From NCBI GenBank assembly GCA_951406725.2, contig OX597816.1:2976001-3040000 (forward strand): a stretch of 64,000 nt of DNA, in the 5' to 3' direction. This document shows positions 52,601 through 63,560 of the stretch, one piece after another. Made by a program: the position numbers and the translations under genes. Numbering within the stretch: the stretch's first letter is position 1; the number at the start of each line of letters is the position of its first letter. The notes below the pieces were generated by a model that worked only from the letters and a program-made list of their open reading frames with translations, was not told the DNA's origin and did no database searches. The stretch comes from Octopus vulgaris. Taxonomy: Eukaryota.

Positions 52601-53760
52601 AAACAGGATGTTTGACAACATAAAATGGTTCAATGATGGCCTGACATGTTATTTAACGGATGCAGCATCTTAGCTTATCATTCCCAAAGTTTGGTTAAAC
52701 TAAAGCGTTACACCATTCAAAGAAACAAAAAAAAAATGTGTGTAATAGGTGTAAAACAACTTCCTCTGAACGAATATGAAAAAAAAAATGCGCGCACGCG
52801 AAAGGGGAGTCGGGGAGAGGCCTCGGAAAATTCACATCGGGAATTTCCGAAAGCGTCTGAGGGGCTGTTTTAGATCATACAGCTTAATTAAAAGTACATA
52901 ACATCACAAGCAAATAAATACATTAGTTCTCATCGCTTTGTTAACATGTTTTAGTCATTTATGGGGATGGAAATTTCGGTGAAGCTCCCATCAGGAGGGA
53001 GGAAAAAAACGAGAGGAATTTGGGGGCAAAAAATAAAAATTAAAAAAAAAACTGAAAATTTTTGAGAAAAGAAATTCAGAATAGTAATTCCTGTTGTATG
53101 AAACACAGAAATACCGAAATGAAGGGCGAAAACACACCAAATTCCTTGCTTTTTACCACTTCCCCAAGAAGCAGGGGTTGGATATGCCAAAAATTCCTCT
53201 GGAATTTTAGATGGAAAAAAAAAATCACATTCCTGAAGTCTTGCTTTTGACCGGTTTTTGTCTGATATCTCTAAATTTCTCTAATTTTGCTTTGTGGGAA
53301 ATACTTGCCACAAATTATGTGAAGGATTATCATATATTAAGATGAATTACATTAAACTGACAAATCTAGTTTCATTAAAAAATACGTTTTTGCTTTTTTC
53401 TGTTTGCATTTCATCGTCCTGAGTGAAGAGAGACAAAATTTACTCGAATTTTAGAAAGAAGAATAAAGTTACAAAAAATAGAAGAAAAAAAAAACAGCAG
53501 GAAACACCATCATAAATTAATTAAAACATTGGAAATAATTAAAACAAATTTGGATGAAAAAGAACGAATTTATCAGACGACCCTAATTTATTATTAAAAA
53601 AAGGTTTTTAATCGGCGGTTTCTTCATCCTCCGAAATAAAAAATGAAGGAAAAGGTATTTAATCATTGTAATAAATAAATTTCAGAGAAAAATTTACCTT
53701 CAATTGTCCAACTAATGTCATAAATTCAAATAATTTTGAAAATCCTGAAATTTCAGTCAT
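35492..53760 (-). CDS. HDDC2: HD domain-containing protein 2 (5'-deoxynucleotidase), 6 exons, 189 aa: complement(join(35492..35562,38078..38216,39262..39330,40915..41017,46001..46125,53698..53760))
   Basis: Manually spliced. All introns are GT..AG with compatible phases, giving 570 nt. Protein: MTEISGFSKLFEFMTLVGQLK-RIRRTGWIRKNVSDPESVSDHMYRMAVLAF...R-CIKLSLVHDLAESIVGDLAPSDNVSKPEKRRREE-TAMNLIK...[34 protein letters not shown]...FFDSTKG-HFTTRQVQNWMSELEKIRENSS*. It has the HDDC2/YGK1-family motifs RTGW, ESVxDH, HDxAE and DxDxxEM. AATAAA on the minus strand at 35385-35390. Confidence 0.96.
36400..37890 (+). mobile_element. Penelope-like retroelement RT plus GIY-YIG remnant, in HDDC2 intron 5, antisense
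   Basis: ORFs 36570-36965 and 37003-37890: YVDD (RT), LPVLD, YYMKP..SKYVVHKNSA, MQFSGY, C..C.....CRTRNVVYSIRC...YIGETFRS, RQIQE..LI....LNRK. Frameshifted. Confidence 0.9.
38078..38216 (-). CDS. HDDC2: HDDC2 exon 5 ([29 protein letters not shown]...)
   Basis: Acceptor tatag|, donor |gtaagg, 139 nt. Confidence 0.95.
39262..39330 (-). CDS. HDDC2: HDDC2 exon 4 (TAMNLIKDMVGGAIGQEFLQLWQ)
   Basis: Acceptor ctttgcag|, donor |gtttgt, 69 nt, phase 0/0. Confidence 0.9.
39903..40128 (+). mobile_element. tRNA-derived SINE family C
   Basis: GGCACATGGCTCAGTGGTTAGAG..GAGTTTGAATCC head, then GTGTTCTTAAGCAAGACACT core. Related copies near 7235 and 20240. Confidence 0.7.
40287..40335 (+). ncRNA. Minimal type I hammerhead ribozyme (PLE-type)
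   Basis: Stem I CAC/GTG, core CTGATGA (40292-40298), stem II GGCTG/CAGCC, GAAAC (40325-40329). Palindromic AACGTT gives a GUU cleavage triplet in a dimeric fold. Activity untested. Confidence 0.65.
40915..41017 (-). CDS. HDDC2: HDDC2 exon 3 (HD motif: LVHDLAESIVGD)
   Basis: Acceptor tttccag|, donor |gtaggt, 103 nt. Confidence 0.95.
42890..44730 (+). mobile_element. RTE LINE, 5'-truncated RT portion plus 3' UTR (HDDC2 intron 2, antisense)
   Basis: NYRGI, QFGFVPGKSTTDAIF, FVDMEKTFERVP, GVHQGSVL, YTDDL, a CxxC zinc-finger insert, LHGSETW, GRPRKTW. Multiple stops. Confidence 0.9.
46001..46125 (-). CDS. HDDC2: HDDC2 exon 2 (RIRRTGW...ESVSDHMYRM...LDRE)
   Basis: Acceptor cctag|, donor |gtaaat, 125 nt. 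Contains a metal-binding His. Confidence 0.95.
47022..50580 (-). mobile_element. Near full-length decayed RTE LINE (APE endonuclease plus RT; HDDC2 intron 1, sense), tail interrupted by a SINE
   Basis: CCIQEVRW, GVGILL, SAYAPQ, GDFSGHVG, NTNF, IDYIL, QHRLVV (endonuclease), TWWWN, then RT motifs and the same 3' UTR as 44600-44730. Confidence 0.9.
51120..51580 (+). mobile_element. 3' end of a second RTE family (BovB/RTE-1-like)
   Basis: LRWAGHVSRMENHRLPKIALFGEL..G.R.RGAPWKRYKDCLKKSL, then a decayed zinc finger and a CCATGATGA tail. Confidence 0.8.
51988..52218. mobile_element. MITE, Merlin/IS1016-like (copy 1)
   Basis: About 60-bp imperfect TIRs GGTACTAC..GAGAACAGTGGTCCCGGTGC. 8-bp TSD CAGGCTTG/CAAGCTTG (1 mismatch). 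AT-rich core. Confidence 0.8.
53698..53760 (-). CDS. HDDC2: HDDC2 coding exon 1 (MTEISGFSKLFEFMTLVGQLK)
   Basis: ATG at 53760, donor AAG|GTAAAT, phase 0. LVGQLK matches the HDDC2 N-terminus. Confidence 0.9.
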
Positions 53761-56358
53761 TTTTGCCGACAGAAAAGTTAAAATTCGCTGAAAACGTGTT
53801 GGGAAAAATGTGGCGAGTCACCGAATGATTTGTAACGAAGGTTTTCATTGGTCGATTCGTTTGTAAACCGGATTTTCATTGAACAGAGACAAAGTTTACA
53901 TTGTGGGAGAGAAAAACGAGCACAACATTTTCTATGGAGACCTATACACACTAAAAATAGTTTTTCTTCTTAAAAACTAGTTTTAGAAACAAGGCGCAAA
54001 TAATATTAATTATTAACACAAGAAGAAAACAAAAAATATAATTTTTTTTTTATCTTTTCGAAATTTCAGAGTGATAATACGAAGAAAGATATTTTCGTAA
54101 AATAAAGCCGGGCAATAAATTGAACTTAAAAAAAATAAATGAATAAAGTACATACAAAATTTCATTCTTTTTATTTTTTTAATTTCAATTTTCGTTGAAT
54201 TTAATTTGAGACTGAATTTTTTGTTCAATTTTTTTTCCGATTCTATTAATGAAAATAGTTGTCATCAAGAACATATTTACAAGCTTTTGATATCAAACAA
54301 AGTAGCTGAAGCAGCCGTCTTAGTTTTCTTTCATCTTTTCATTCCAGCAATAAGTAGTGGCACCATTCTTGAAATGACGAGTGTTTCATTAATTTGTTGA
54401 GCGGAGTTCGAATATTGCCGTGAGTTTAGCTTGACTTGAGGATGGCTTCCGATAAACCTGACTCACCCGAGATACGCTACATCCTTTATAGCAAACCTAT
54501 GGCACTTGTACCAGCTTTGAGCACTTCATAATTTTTTTTTGGGGGGGGGGGGGGGGTTCTCGGTGGTCTTCGAAAAAAGAAGATAAATCTCTCTTTAATG
54601 ATTTAGCAAAACAAACTGCTAGAAATAGCAGCCAAATTTTCCTCAAAAAACACTCTACCTTCTTGAAAGAAAAAAAGGACTCATTCATTAGGCTTTCCAA
54701 ATATCCATGAATTTAGGAAGAAGGTCACGGCTGGAATATGTTTTATCATTGGCCTGCTTGAAACAGCAGAAAGTAACTCAGTTCTTGCTACTTTAAGTTT
54801 AAATTTTCCCAAATAAACATTTAGCAACAGAACCTATGATAGCCTTATTAGCATCAAACCCAGAAGAGGAAGTTCCAAGGAGTGGTAATGGACGCTTCTA
54901 ATCGAGTATAACTTGCTCACCACCTCTATGGTGACTATTAATACTTGCAAATATTCAAAACTGGATACAATGCACAATATGGCCATCAATTTGTCCAGTA
55001 ATTAAAACAGAAAAACACTTCCATTTTACCCAATCTGCTTAATGTTCTGAAAAAGAGAATTGGTGTTACGATCCCCAGCATATATAGAATTAATTACCCT
55101 ACGAGGGGTACTGAAAAGTTCATGGCTTTGGATACAAGAAAATACAGGTGGAGTCAGTTAATTATGATTTTATTCAACACAACCCCTCCTCGGATTCACA
55201 CACTTACTGCAGGGGGTCCTTCAGTTTTTCTAAGCCCTGTAAAAGAACTCGCAAGGTTGGGCTCCCAACCAGGCCTTTTGCGACACCCTTAAAACCAGGA
55301 ACTTTTCAGTACCCCTCGTAGGTATATTATATCTAATCGATAGAACCAATATTATTGATATTAGCAGACTTGTAGAGGACAGTTCATAGACGCTACTAAA
55401 AGCTTTATCAGAAACATTTAACTGTTCCTTGTTAAGTCATAACTACAGATGTGAACCCCCCCCCACCTCGCATCGACTTTGTTTCCTCATAATTTTCTGA
55501 AAAATAGATATTTTTTGAAAAAAGTTTCAACAAAATGTTTCAGATGGCGTAGATTACGATGGTGACGGAATTTGATGGGGAAAAAAAAAATAATTGGTGA
55601 TGGGGTGGATAATTCACACACCTCATCAAAACGTATGAGGAAACAAAGTCGAGATCTGTGGATTACCTAACCCTTTCTCAAATTATTTTTTCACATCAAA
55701 TTCCAACACAGTCGTAATCTATACTGTCTGAGACGTATTTGTGGAAAATTTTATTAAAAAATATTCAGTTCCCAGAGAGTTATAAAGAAACAAAATGAGT
55801 TGTCTAAAATTATCCATGTAAATTATCTGAAACTCCCCTCCCCCACCCCTCCGAAAACATTTTTTCACAGTAAATTTCGATATAATCTTAATAATCTTCT
55901 CTTGTGTCTGGGGAGAATCGTTTTCTTTTTGTACCTTATAATAGTTTTCAAAACTATTGAAAAGGTTGCAAGACGCAACGAAAATTTTAGGAGAATAAAA
56001 ATAAGAAATAAGTGGAAATTTTACCGGTGAGTGTGTTAAATTATGAGGCACAAAAAAGAGAATGATTCTCCCCAGACACAACAGAATATGCTTCAACACA
56101 CGAACTCATATAAAGAATCTTGCAAACCAAATCCAAAAACGAAACCTAATAATCTTACAATATCTAAAATGAACCACCGGGAAATTTCGTTAAAAAAGAA
56201 TTTTTCAGAAACTTATCAGGATAAACCTGCTAAAACACAGACAACTTCAGCTTTAGATATAGAGAGATTTCACTATTTTCTGTCCATGAAAAATTATTGC
56301 ACTATCATCCATCCATACAATATCACTTGTAATAACAGCTTAGAAGGAGCAATCCAAA
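53761..56358. promoter_or_regulatory. Divergent intergenic/promoter region between HDDC2 and MRPS28
   Basis: The two ATGs point away from each other 2.6 kb apart. A CCAAT on the minus strand lies near 53848-53852, about 90 bp upstream of the HDDC2 ATG. Transcription starts cannot be located from sequence. Confidence 0.55.
55102..55318. mobile_element. Tc1/mariner MITE with TA TSD
   Basis: TA-CGAGGGGTACTGAAAAGTTC ... GAACTTTTCAGTACCCCTCG-TA: perfect 20-bp TIR, imperfect to about 28 bp; non-coding interior. Confidence 0.88.
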
Positions 56359-56762
56359 ATGGCAGCTTCCATTGCGGGAAGGTTCGCTTCCAACTTACGG
56401 ACTGTTCGATGGAATGTGCGCCCTAGTTCCCTGTCTTTGTTATATAAACAGTATTCAGACTCTCCCTCAGATAAAAAGGATGTGCCGGGAAAGAAGGCAT
56501 CGATTGAATCAACTCTTACCAAGTTTGTGAAGGCCGTGGAACTTTGGGAAGAGAAACCGGGCGAAATTGAAGCGGAAGAGGAGCAACCTGATGATGACCG
56601 GTCCTTTCCGACTTTGCTTCGAGATTCCAAACTGTTTCAGCTGGGAGATCCTTCTGGACGGGTTGTGCTTGGTAAAATTATCGAAGTTCAAGATAATGAC
56701 CTTTATATCGACTTTGGGGGTAAATTCCATTGCGTGTGTAAAAGACCTCATCTTCGACCTCA
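56359..56762 (+). CDS. MRPS28: MRPS28 coding exon 1
   Basis: Matches the ORF-track entry 56359..56766. [14 protein letters not shown] motif; phase-2 donor at 56763. Confidence 0.95.
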
Positions 56763-57366
56763 GTGAGTATCGAACCACGATTTCTTGTTTCTCTCGCTAA
56801 AAATACTGGTACTACTAGAGAACAGTGATCCCGGTGCGCGCACTCGCGCATCCGTGCTAGCTAGTCGATCCTTACCTTGTGTTTTTGTGTGTTATTTACT
56901 TTGTTTAAAAAATTATTTACTTTGGTTTTTTTTTTTTACTTTCTTTAACAAAAATGATTTATTTTCTGTTTTATTTACTTTGCTAGGTAGTCGTTGTAGG
57001 ATCGACTAGTCACGACTAGCTAGCCCGACTACACGAGTGCGCGCACCGGGACCTCTGTTCTCAAGTAGTACCAAAATACTTTTTCGTGTCTGGTTGAATT
57101 GTTAGCAAAGCGGACTAAATGTTCCTTGGCATTCTCCTCCTGTTATTCTTTTACTTGTTTCAGTCATGTGACTGCGGGCCATGCTGGAGCACTGCCTTTA
57201 GTCGAGCAAATCGACCCCAGGACTTATTCTTCGTAAGCCTAGTACTTATTCTATCGGTCTCTGTTGCCGAACCGCTAAGTTACGAGGATGTAAACACACC
57301 GACACCGGTTGTCAAGCGATGGTGGGGGGACAAACACAAACAAACATCTACATACATACATACATG

Positions 57367-57404
<38 letters not shown>

Positions 57405-58408
57405 TATATATATATAAATATATATATACATACACGACGGGCTTCTTTCAGTTTCCGCCTACCAAATCTACTCACAACGCTTTGGTCTGCCCAAGACTAT
57501 AGCAGAAGACACGTGGCCAAGGTTCCATGCAGTAGGACTGAACCTGGAACCATGTGGCTGGTAAGCAAGCTTCTTACCACACAGCCATACCTGCGACTAT
57601 GTTCCTACTGTTCTTAACATTCTGTGTTCAAATCCCGCTGAGACAAATTTCTACCTTTCACCCCCATCTATGTTGACCAAATAAGTCAAGTTCTGCGGTG
57701 AATGTATTTGAGTTACTTCATCATCATCATCGTTTAACGTCTGTTTTCCATGCTGGCATGGGTTGGACTGTTTGACTGAGGACTGGCAAGCCAGACCGAT
57801 GCACCAGGCTCCAATCTTGATCTGGCAAGGTTTCTACTGCTGGATGCTCTTCCTAATACCAACCACTCCAAGAGTGTAGTGGATGCCTTTTACATGCCAT
57901 TGGAAAGGGAGCCAGTCAGGCGGCACTGGCATAGATCACATTATATGGTTGCTTTCTCCCTCTGAAATTGCTGGCTTTGTGCCAAAATAACAATAATAAT
58001 AATAATAATAATCCTTTCTAATGGAAGCACAAGGTCTCAAATGTGGGGGAAGGGATTAAGTCAATTACATCTACTCCAGTGCATAACTGGTTCTAATTTT
58101 TTTGATCCTGAAAGGATGAAAGGCAAAGTCGACCTCAGCAGAATTTGAAGTCAGAGCGTAAAGACAGACGAAATACCTATTTCTTTACTACCCACAAGGG
58201 GCTAAACACAGAGGGGACAAACAAGGACAGACAAACGGATTAAATCGATTACATCGACCCCAGTGTATAACTGGTACTTAATTTATTGACCCTGAAAGGA
58301 TGAAAGGCAAAGTCGACCTCAGCAGAATTTGAACTCAGAGCGTAGCGGCAGACAAAATACCGCTAAGCATTTTGCCCAGCATGCTAATGATTCTGCCAGC
58401 TCGTCACC

Positions 58409-58450
<42 letters not shown>

Positions 58451-58937
58451 TCTTGAAAGAAATTGCTCAATTTGGGTAATTTGTAGCAATGAAGAGTTGA
58501 AAAGTTTTCAAAGTGTACCAAATGTTTGACTGTTTTTTAATCCATTCATGGCCACCCACTCAGAATACCAAAAAGCACTGATAATATAAACACAATGCTA
58601 AAAAGCATTGAATAAAACTTAAAAGGGCTGGCAGAAAGTACTAATTAAAAATATATAATTGTTTTATTTCTATCCAATATTATGTGTTGGCATTAGGAAG
58701 GGCATCCAGCTGTAGGAACTCTGCCAGATATGATTGGAGTCTGGTTCGCCAGACCTCAGCCAAATCGTCTAACCCATGCTAGCATGGAAAGCGGACGTTA
58801 AACGATGATGATGATGATTCAGCGAATCAAATTCTTTTGAGAGGAAACCCAGTGCCACTTTCTTTGGACACATCTTCGATTAGTTTACATACATTCAGTT
58901 TTCTTTAAAACTTCACGTATTTTGTAATTAGAACAGC

Positions 58938-58977
<40 letters not shown>

Positions 58978-61130
58978 GAGTGAGAGAGCAGTGCATGCCA
59001 TCAAAGTGATACTGGGGTAAAATATACGAAGCCCAGTATACCCATCATGACTACCCGTCTGATAAGGGTACACCAGGCACATGCATCACAAACATATGTG
59101 CGCAACATGGTGATCTCATATCAAGGTAAACAGCGCATGACCTTGCAGGTGGGGCCCAGTTAGAATTTTCTTCAGGTCGAGTAGCCCATCCTGCTCAAAA
59201 GGTCCCTGAATAGGGGTTGTTTAAGGATGTTGAAAGAACCACCCATGTTTCCTGAGGTGAATTATTCAAACCCCAAAGAATCCCTCTCAACACATGGCTA
59301 TGATGCTCCCCCACTATTTCTGCTCGTGATCAGAGATGTACATATCGTCAGCCACTAAGGGACATGCTCAACTGGCTATGGTCAAACGACTGACAAGCAA
59401 ATCTGTGGTATTATTATTATTATTATTTGATATTTAAAATGTCTCTTGCTGTATTTATGTTTCAATGATTACATTTATCTGACCCTAAAATTTGTTCACT
59501 TTGGTAACTACTCGACCCCCGGTTTTTCCTTCCTTGGAGTAACGTCTGCTGTTTTGGTGGTTAAGCAAATGGCCCTAAACCTACTGACCTCTTGTGATGC
59601 CCAGTACTTTGGTCTTGTCAGTCCCTCTTGCAGAGTGACTGACCTGTGAACCCTCTGCATCCCATCTCAGTGTGTTCACACCTTGCTTCAGCATTTTCTC
59701 ACCTGTTCTGCATATTTCTGCTCTCTTCCTCTCGCCAGCCTTCCCATTGTGTTCCTCACAGGGAACGGAGAGTACCAATATACTGACCTCATTGGAAGTT
59801 TCTGGAACCAGCACTGTCTGACGTTAGTAAAATTGTGGCAACAGTTTCTGAGAACTTCTGTTATTTTTGAAGGTTGATTTTTAGCTCCCAATCATGTGCC
59901 ATGGCTGGCAGCCCCAAGTGCCTCACCTCAGCTGATGTGAACAGTATGTTCATGGTGTGAGTGTAAAAGAAATCACTATGAAAGTAGACCGGTAATAACT
60001 TTTCTTCTCAAACTTGTTTTGTGAGAGATCCCCCTTCTCCTCTTCCCGTGTCTCTTTGAACTACTGCCTCAAACCCTTAGTTCTTTCTAGTTCGTGGTGT
60101 AGGAGAGGGTCACTGTTTCCTTCTCCAACTCAGACCTCTTAGTTGCTAGGGTGACAGCAGTGCTGGTCATTATATAGACACGTCAATCACCTTCTCACTT
60201 GGCTGTTTCCAAGAACCAATTAATGTCTTTGGACTAGAACTACTCCTCCATTTTTGTTAGCTTATGGCCACTTAGTTCAAGTGTTTCTGTTACTCTGTGA
60301 CGCCCTGGCACTTGTGTCACCTGGACCTTCTAGGCATTGTGGAATGATACCCAGCTTGCCTCTTCCTGGCAGTCACTTATGTCCGAGGTGTATAAAAGAT
60401 GAAATATTACAAATACATCTGGTTCGACAGCTTTCAGTCAAAATCGTCCAACCCATGCTAGCATGGAAAGCGGACGTTAAACGATGATGATGATGATGAT
60501 ATCCTGAAGGGGCTGACAGGATCCTTTGCATGTTGGAGGAAATGCTTAGTGACATTTCAGTTATCATGATGTTTTGAGTTCAAATTCCAACACGGTTCAC
60601 TTTGCCTTTCATCCTTTTCAGGGTCGATAAAAGATATACCAGTCATGTAATGGGGTTGATGTAATCGACTTACTCCTTCCCCCCCACACCGAAATTGCTG
60701 GCCTTGTGTCAAGATTTGAAACCATTATTATAAATGCAACCAAACACTACCAGATCTGACTGGAGCCTGGTGCAGCCTCCTGGCTTCCCAGACCCCAGTC
60801 GAACTGTCCAACCCTTGCCAGCATGGAAAACTGAGGTTAAATGAATATGATGATCTTTTTTTTTTATCTACCTACCTGTCTATCTACATATCTACCAGTC
60901 TATCTGTCTTTTATTTATTTATAATATATCATATACATATTTTTATGTTTATATTTTTATAAATTAATTTTTCTTTTTTTTTCTTTTTCATTTCCAGTGA
61001 ATACCGTCGTGGCACTCAAGTAAAGCTGTTACTGAATGACTTTGAGATGTCTGCTGCCTTCCTGGGTTCCGTAAAACACGTGACGTTACTGGAAGCTGAT
61101 GCTACGTTGATAGGATTACGACGAAATTGA
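56359..61130 (+). CDS. MRPS28: Mitochondrial ribosomal protein S28 (bS1m), 2 exons, 178 aa: join(56359..56762,60998..61130)
   Basis: Exon 1 has an Arg/Ser-rich targeting-peptide-like N-terminus and [16 protein letters not shown]...[26 protein letters not shown] (S1-like MRPS28 signature). Donor CA|GTGAGT. Exon 2 follows tttccag| and reads [49 protein letters not shown] at 61172-61177. Confidence 0.96.
56808..57072. mobile_element. MITE, Merlin/IS1016-like (copy 2, MRPS28 intron)
   Basis: Same TIRs as 51988-52218. Perfect 8-bp TSD AAAATACT at 56800-56807 and 57073-57080. Confidence 0.85.
58978..59410 (-). mobile_element. TAA-repeat-associated interspersed element (copy 2, MRPS28 intron)
   Basis: (TTA)n on both sides; homologous to 17600-17880. 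Strand inferred. Confidence 0.75.
60998..61130 (+). CDS. MRPS28: MRPS28 coding exon 2
   Basis: Long polypyrimidine tract plus AG at 60996-60997. FLG..TLLEADA motif; TGA ends at 61130. Confidence 0.95.
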
Positions 61131-62074
61131 TAAAAAAGCTATTTGTTTAATAGAATATTAGTGCTTTTGTAAATAAATTTATTTATTTAGATTCTTTATT
61201 TTGTTATCTTTTTAGCTTATTTTGTTTAGTCTGTATCACTGAGAAAGCTTTTAGGTTCATTCCCTCTTCTGACAGAAAACTTCTCGTCCACTCCATACCA
61301 GCATGGGAAGCGGATACTAAATAATGATGATTCTGCTTGGATTTGCCCTCTTAATCACCTTTAATAAAACAAAGGAGAATTGAAAATTTTCACTTAATGG
61401 GAACGGTGTTATAAGATTTATGCATCAAAAGAATTACCAATTATAAAATGTGGAATCTCAATGGGTCCTACTTCATTATCCTCATTGCTTTCTTCCATTT
61501 TTGGATCCAGTTTCCCTTGCTTGTATGATGCAAATTTTCTATGCTCAGATGCCTTTCCTGTCATCAACCTTCATTTGTTTCCAAGCAAATTAATATTTCC
61601 TTGTGGCCAGACATGTTTTTGCAGAATATTGGAAATACATCCATTTACAACAATCATACAATATCAAGACAGGAAGGCATAGACTCTCTCTCCTCTCTCT
61701 CTCTCTCAACTCAACATATATATGGCGGCAAATTGGCAGAGTTGTTAGCATGCTAGGCGAGCTGCTTAGCAGTATTTCGTCTGTCCTTATGTTCTGAGTT
61801 CAAATTCTGCTGAGGATGACTTTGCCTTTTATCCTTTCAGGGTCAGTAAAATAAAGTACCAGTTGAGTACTGGGGATTGATGTAATCAACTTAACAACTA
61901 CTAGGTATGAGTATAAAAGTTTCACTGTGCTGTCCCTCTGTGCCAGAGGAGGCTTATCAAACCAAATTCACAGCTTTCACATCAGACCATGGTTGAGGGA
62001 GGAGGAGAGAACATGCTGAGGCCTTTGTCCTGCAGTGGACTGAACAGGGTCAAACCTATACATATATATAAAGT

Positions 62075-62280
62075 TAATCCAAACATGAAAACACAAAGAG
62101 AAAACACAACAACGCGAGGACGTGGAAAAAGTATAGTGTTATTGGACACTCAGGAAAGAAAGGAAAAAAGGAGGATTTAATGATTCGAGTGGAGCTCTTC
62201 GTCAGAAACATAGGAAAGGATAAGATCCAAGGAAGGGAAGACGGAGGGAAAAAAAATCGCCAACGATACACATGCGGTCA
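62075..62280 (-). mobile_element. Short PLE-like element with a decayed hammerhead
   Basis: Minus strand TTT-CTGACGA-A-GAG-CTCCA-CTC-GAATCATT-AAA at about 62175-62209; GAAACGTT is mutated. Confidence 0.5.
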
Positions 62281-63014
62281 CATTTATTCTTTTGTTTGTT
62301 TCAGTCTTCACTGTGGCCATGCTGGAGCACCACCTTTAGTCGAACAAATCAACCCTAGAACTTATTCTTTGTAAGCCTAGTACTTATTCTATCACTCTCT
62401 GTTGTCGAACTGCTAAGTTACAGGGATGTAAACACACCAACATCGGTTGTCAAGCGATGATGGGGGGGACAAACACACACACACAAACATATACTCTCTC
62501 TTTTACTCTTTTACTTGTTTCAGTCATTTGACTGCAGCCATGCTGGAGCATCACCTTTAGTCGAACAAATCAACCCCAGGACTTATTCTTTGTAACCTTA
62601 GTACTTATTCTATCGGTCACTTTTGCCGAACAGCTATGTTACGGGGACATAAACACACCAGGATCAGTTGTCAAGCAATATTAGGGGGACAAACACACAC
62701 ACACATATATATGTATATACATATATACGACGGGCTTCTTTCAGTTTCCATCTACCAAACCCACTCACTAGTAGAAGACACTTGCCCAAGGTGCTACACA
62801 ATGGGACTGAACCCAGAACCATGTGGTTGGTAAGCAAGCTACTTACCACACAGCCACTCCTGTGCCTACATATATATAAATGATGGGCTTCATTAACTTT
62901 CTGTCTTCAAAATGCACTCACAAGGCTTTGGTTAGCCCAGGGATTAAGAAACACTTGCCTAAGGACCCATGCAATGGAACTGAACCTGAGTACCTGTGGA
63001 TGGGAAGCAAACAC

Positions 63015-63560
63015 CATCATCATCATCATCATCGTTTAACGTCCGCTTTCCATGCTAGCATGGGTTGGACGATTTTGACTGAGGGCTGGCGAACCAGAAG
63101 GCTGCACCAGGCTTCAATCTTGATCTGGCAGAGTTTCTACAGCTGGATGCCCTTCCTAATGCCAACTACTCCGAGAGTGTAGTGGGTGCTTTTACGTGCC
63201 ACCGGCATGAGGGCCAGTCAGGCGGTACTGGCAATGACCTCGCTCGAATCTTTTTACACATGCTACCGGCACAGGTGCCAGTAAGGCGACGTTGGTAACG
63301 ATCACGTTTGAATGGTGCCTTTTACGTGCCACTGACACGGAAGCCAGTTAGCCGTTCTGGCAACGATCACACTCGGATGGTGCTCTTGGCACCCTACTAG
63401 CACGGGCACAAGTGCTAGTAAGGCGACGCTGGTAACGATCATGCTCGAATGGTGCCTTTTAAGTGCCACTAGCACGGAGGCCGGTTAGCCGCTCTGTCAA
63501 CGATTACACTCCTATGGTGCTCTTTGCACCCTGCCAGCACGGATGCCAGTCATCGAATTT
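63015..63560 (-). mobile_element. RTE 3'-UTR-derived repeat with internal ~60-70-bp tandem units
   Basis: (CAT)n tail at 63015. Repeated units TGGTGC(C/T)TTTTACGTGCCAC...GGCAACGATCAC from about 63185 to 63545. Confidence 0.75.

Noticed and set aside
51988-57072. Single compound transposon carrying both first exons
   Set aside because: Each MITE has its own different TSD, so they are independent insertions.
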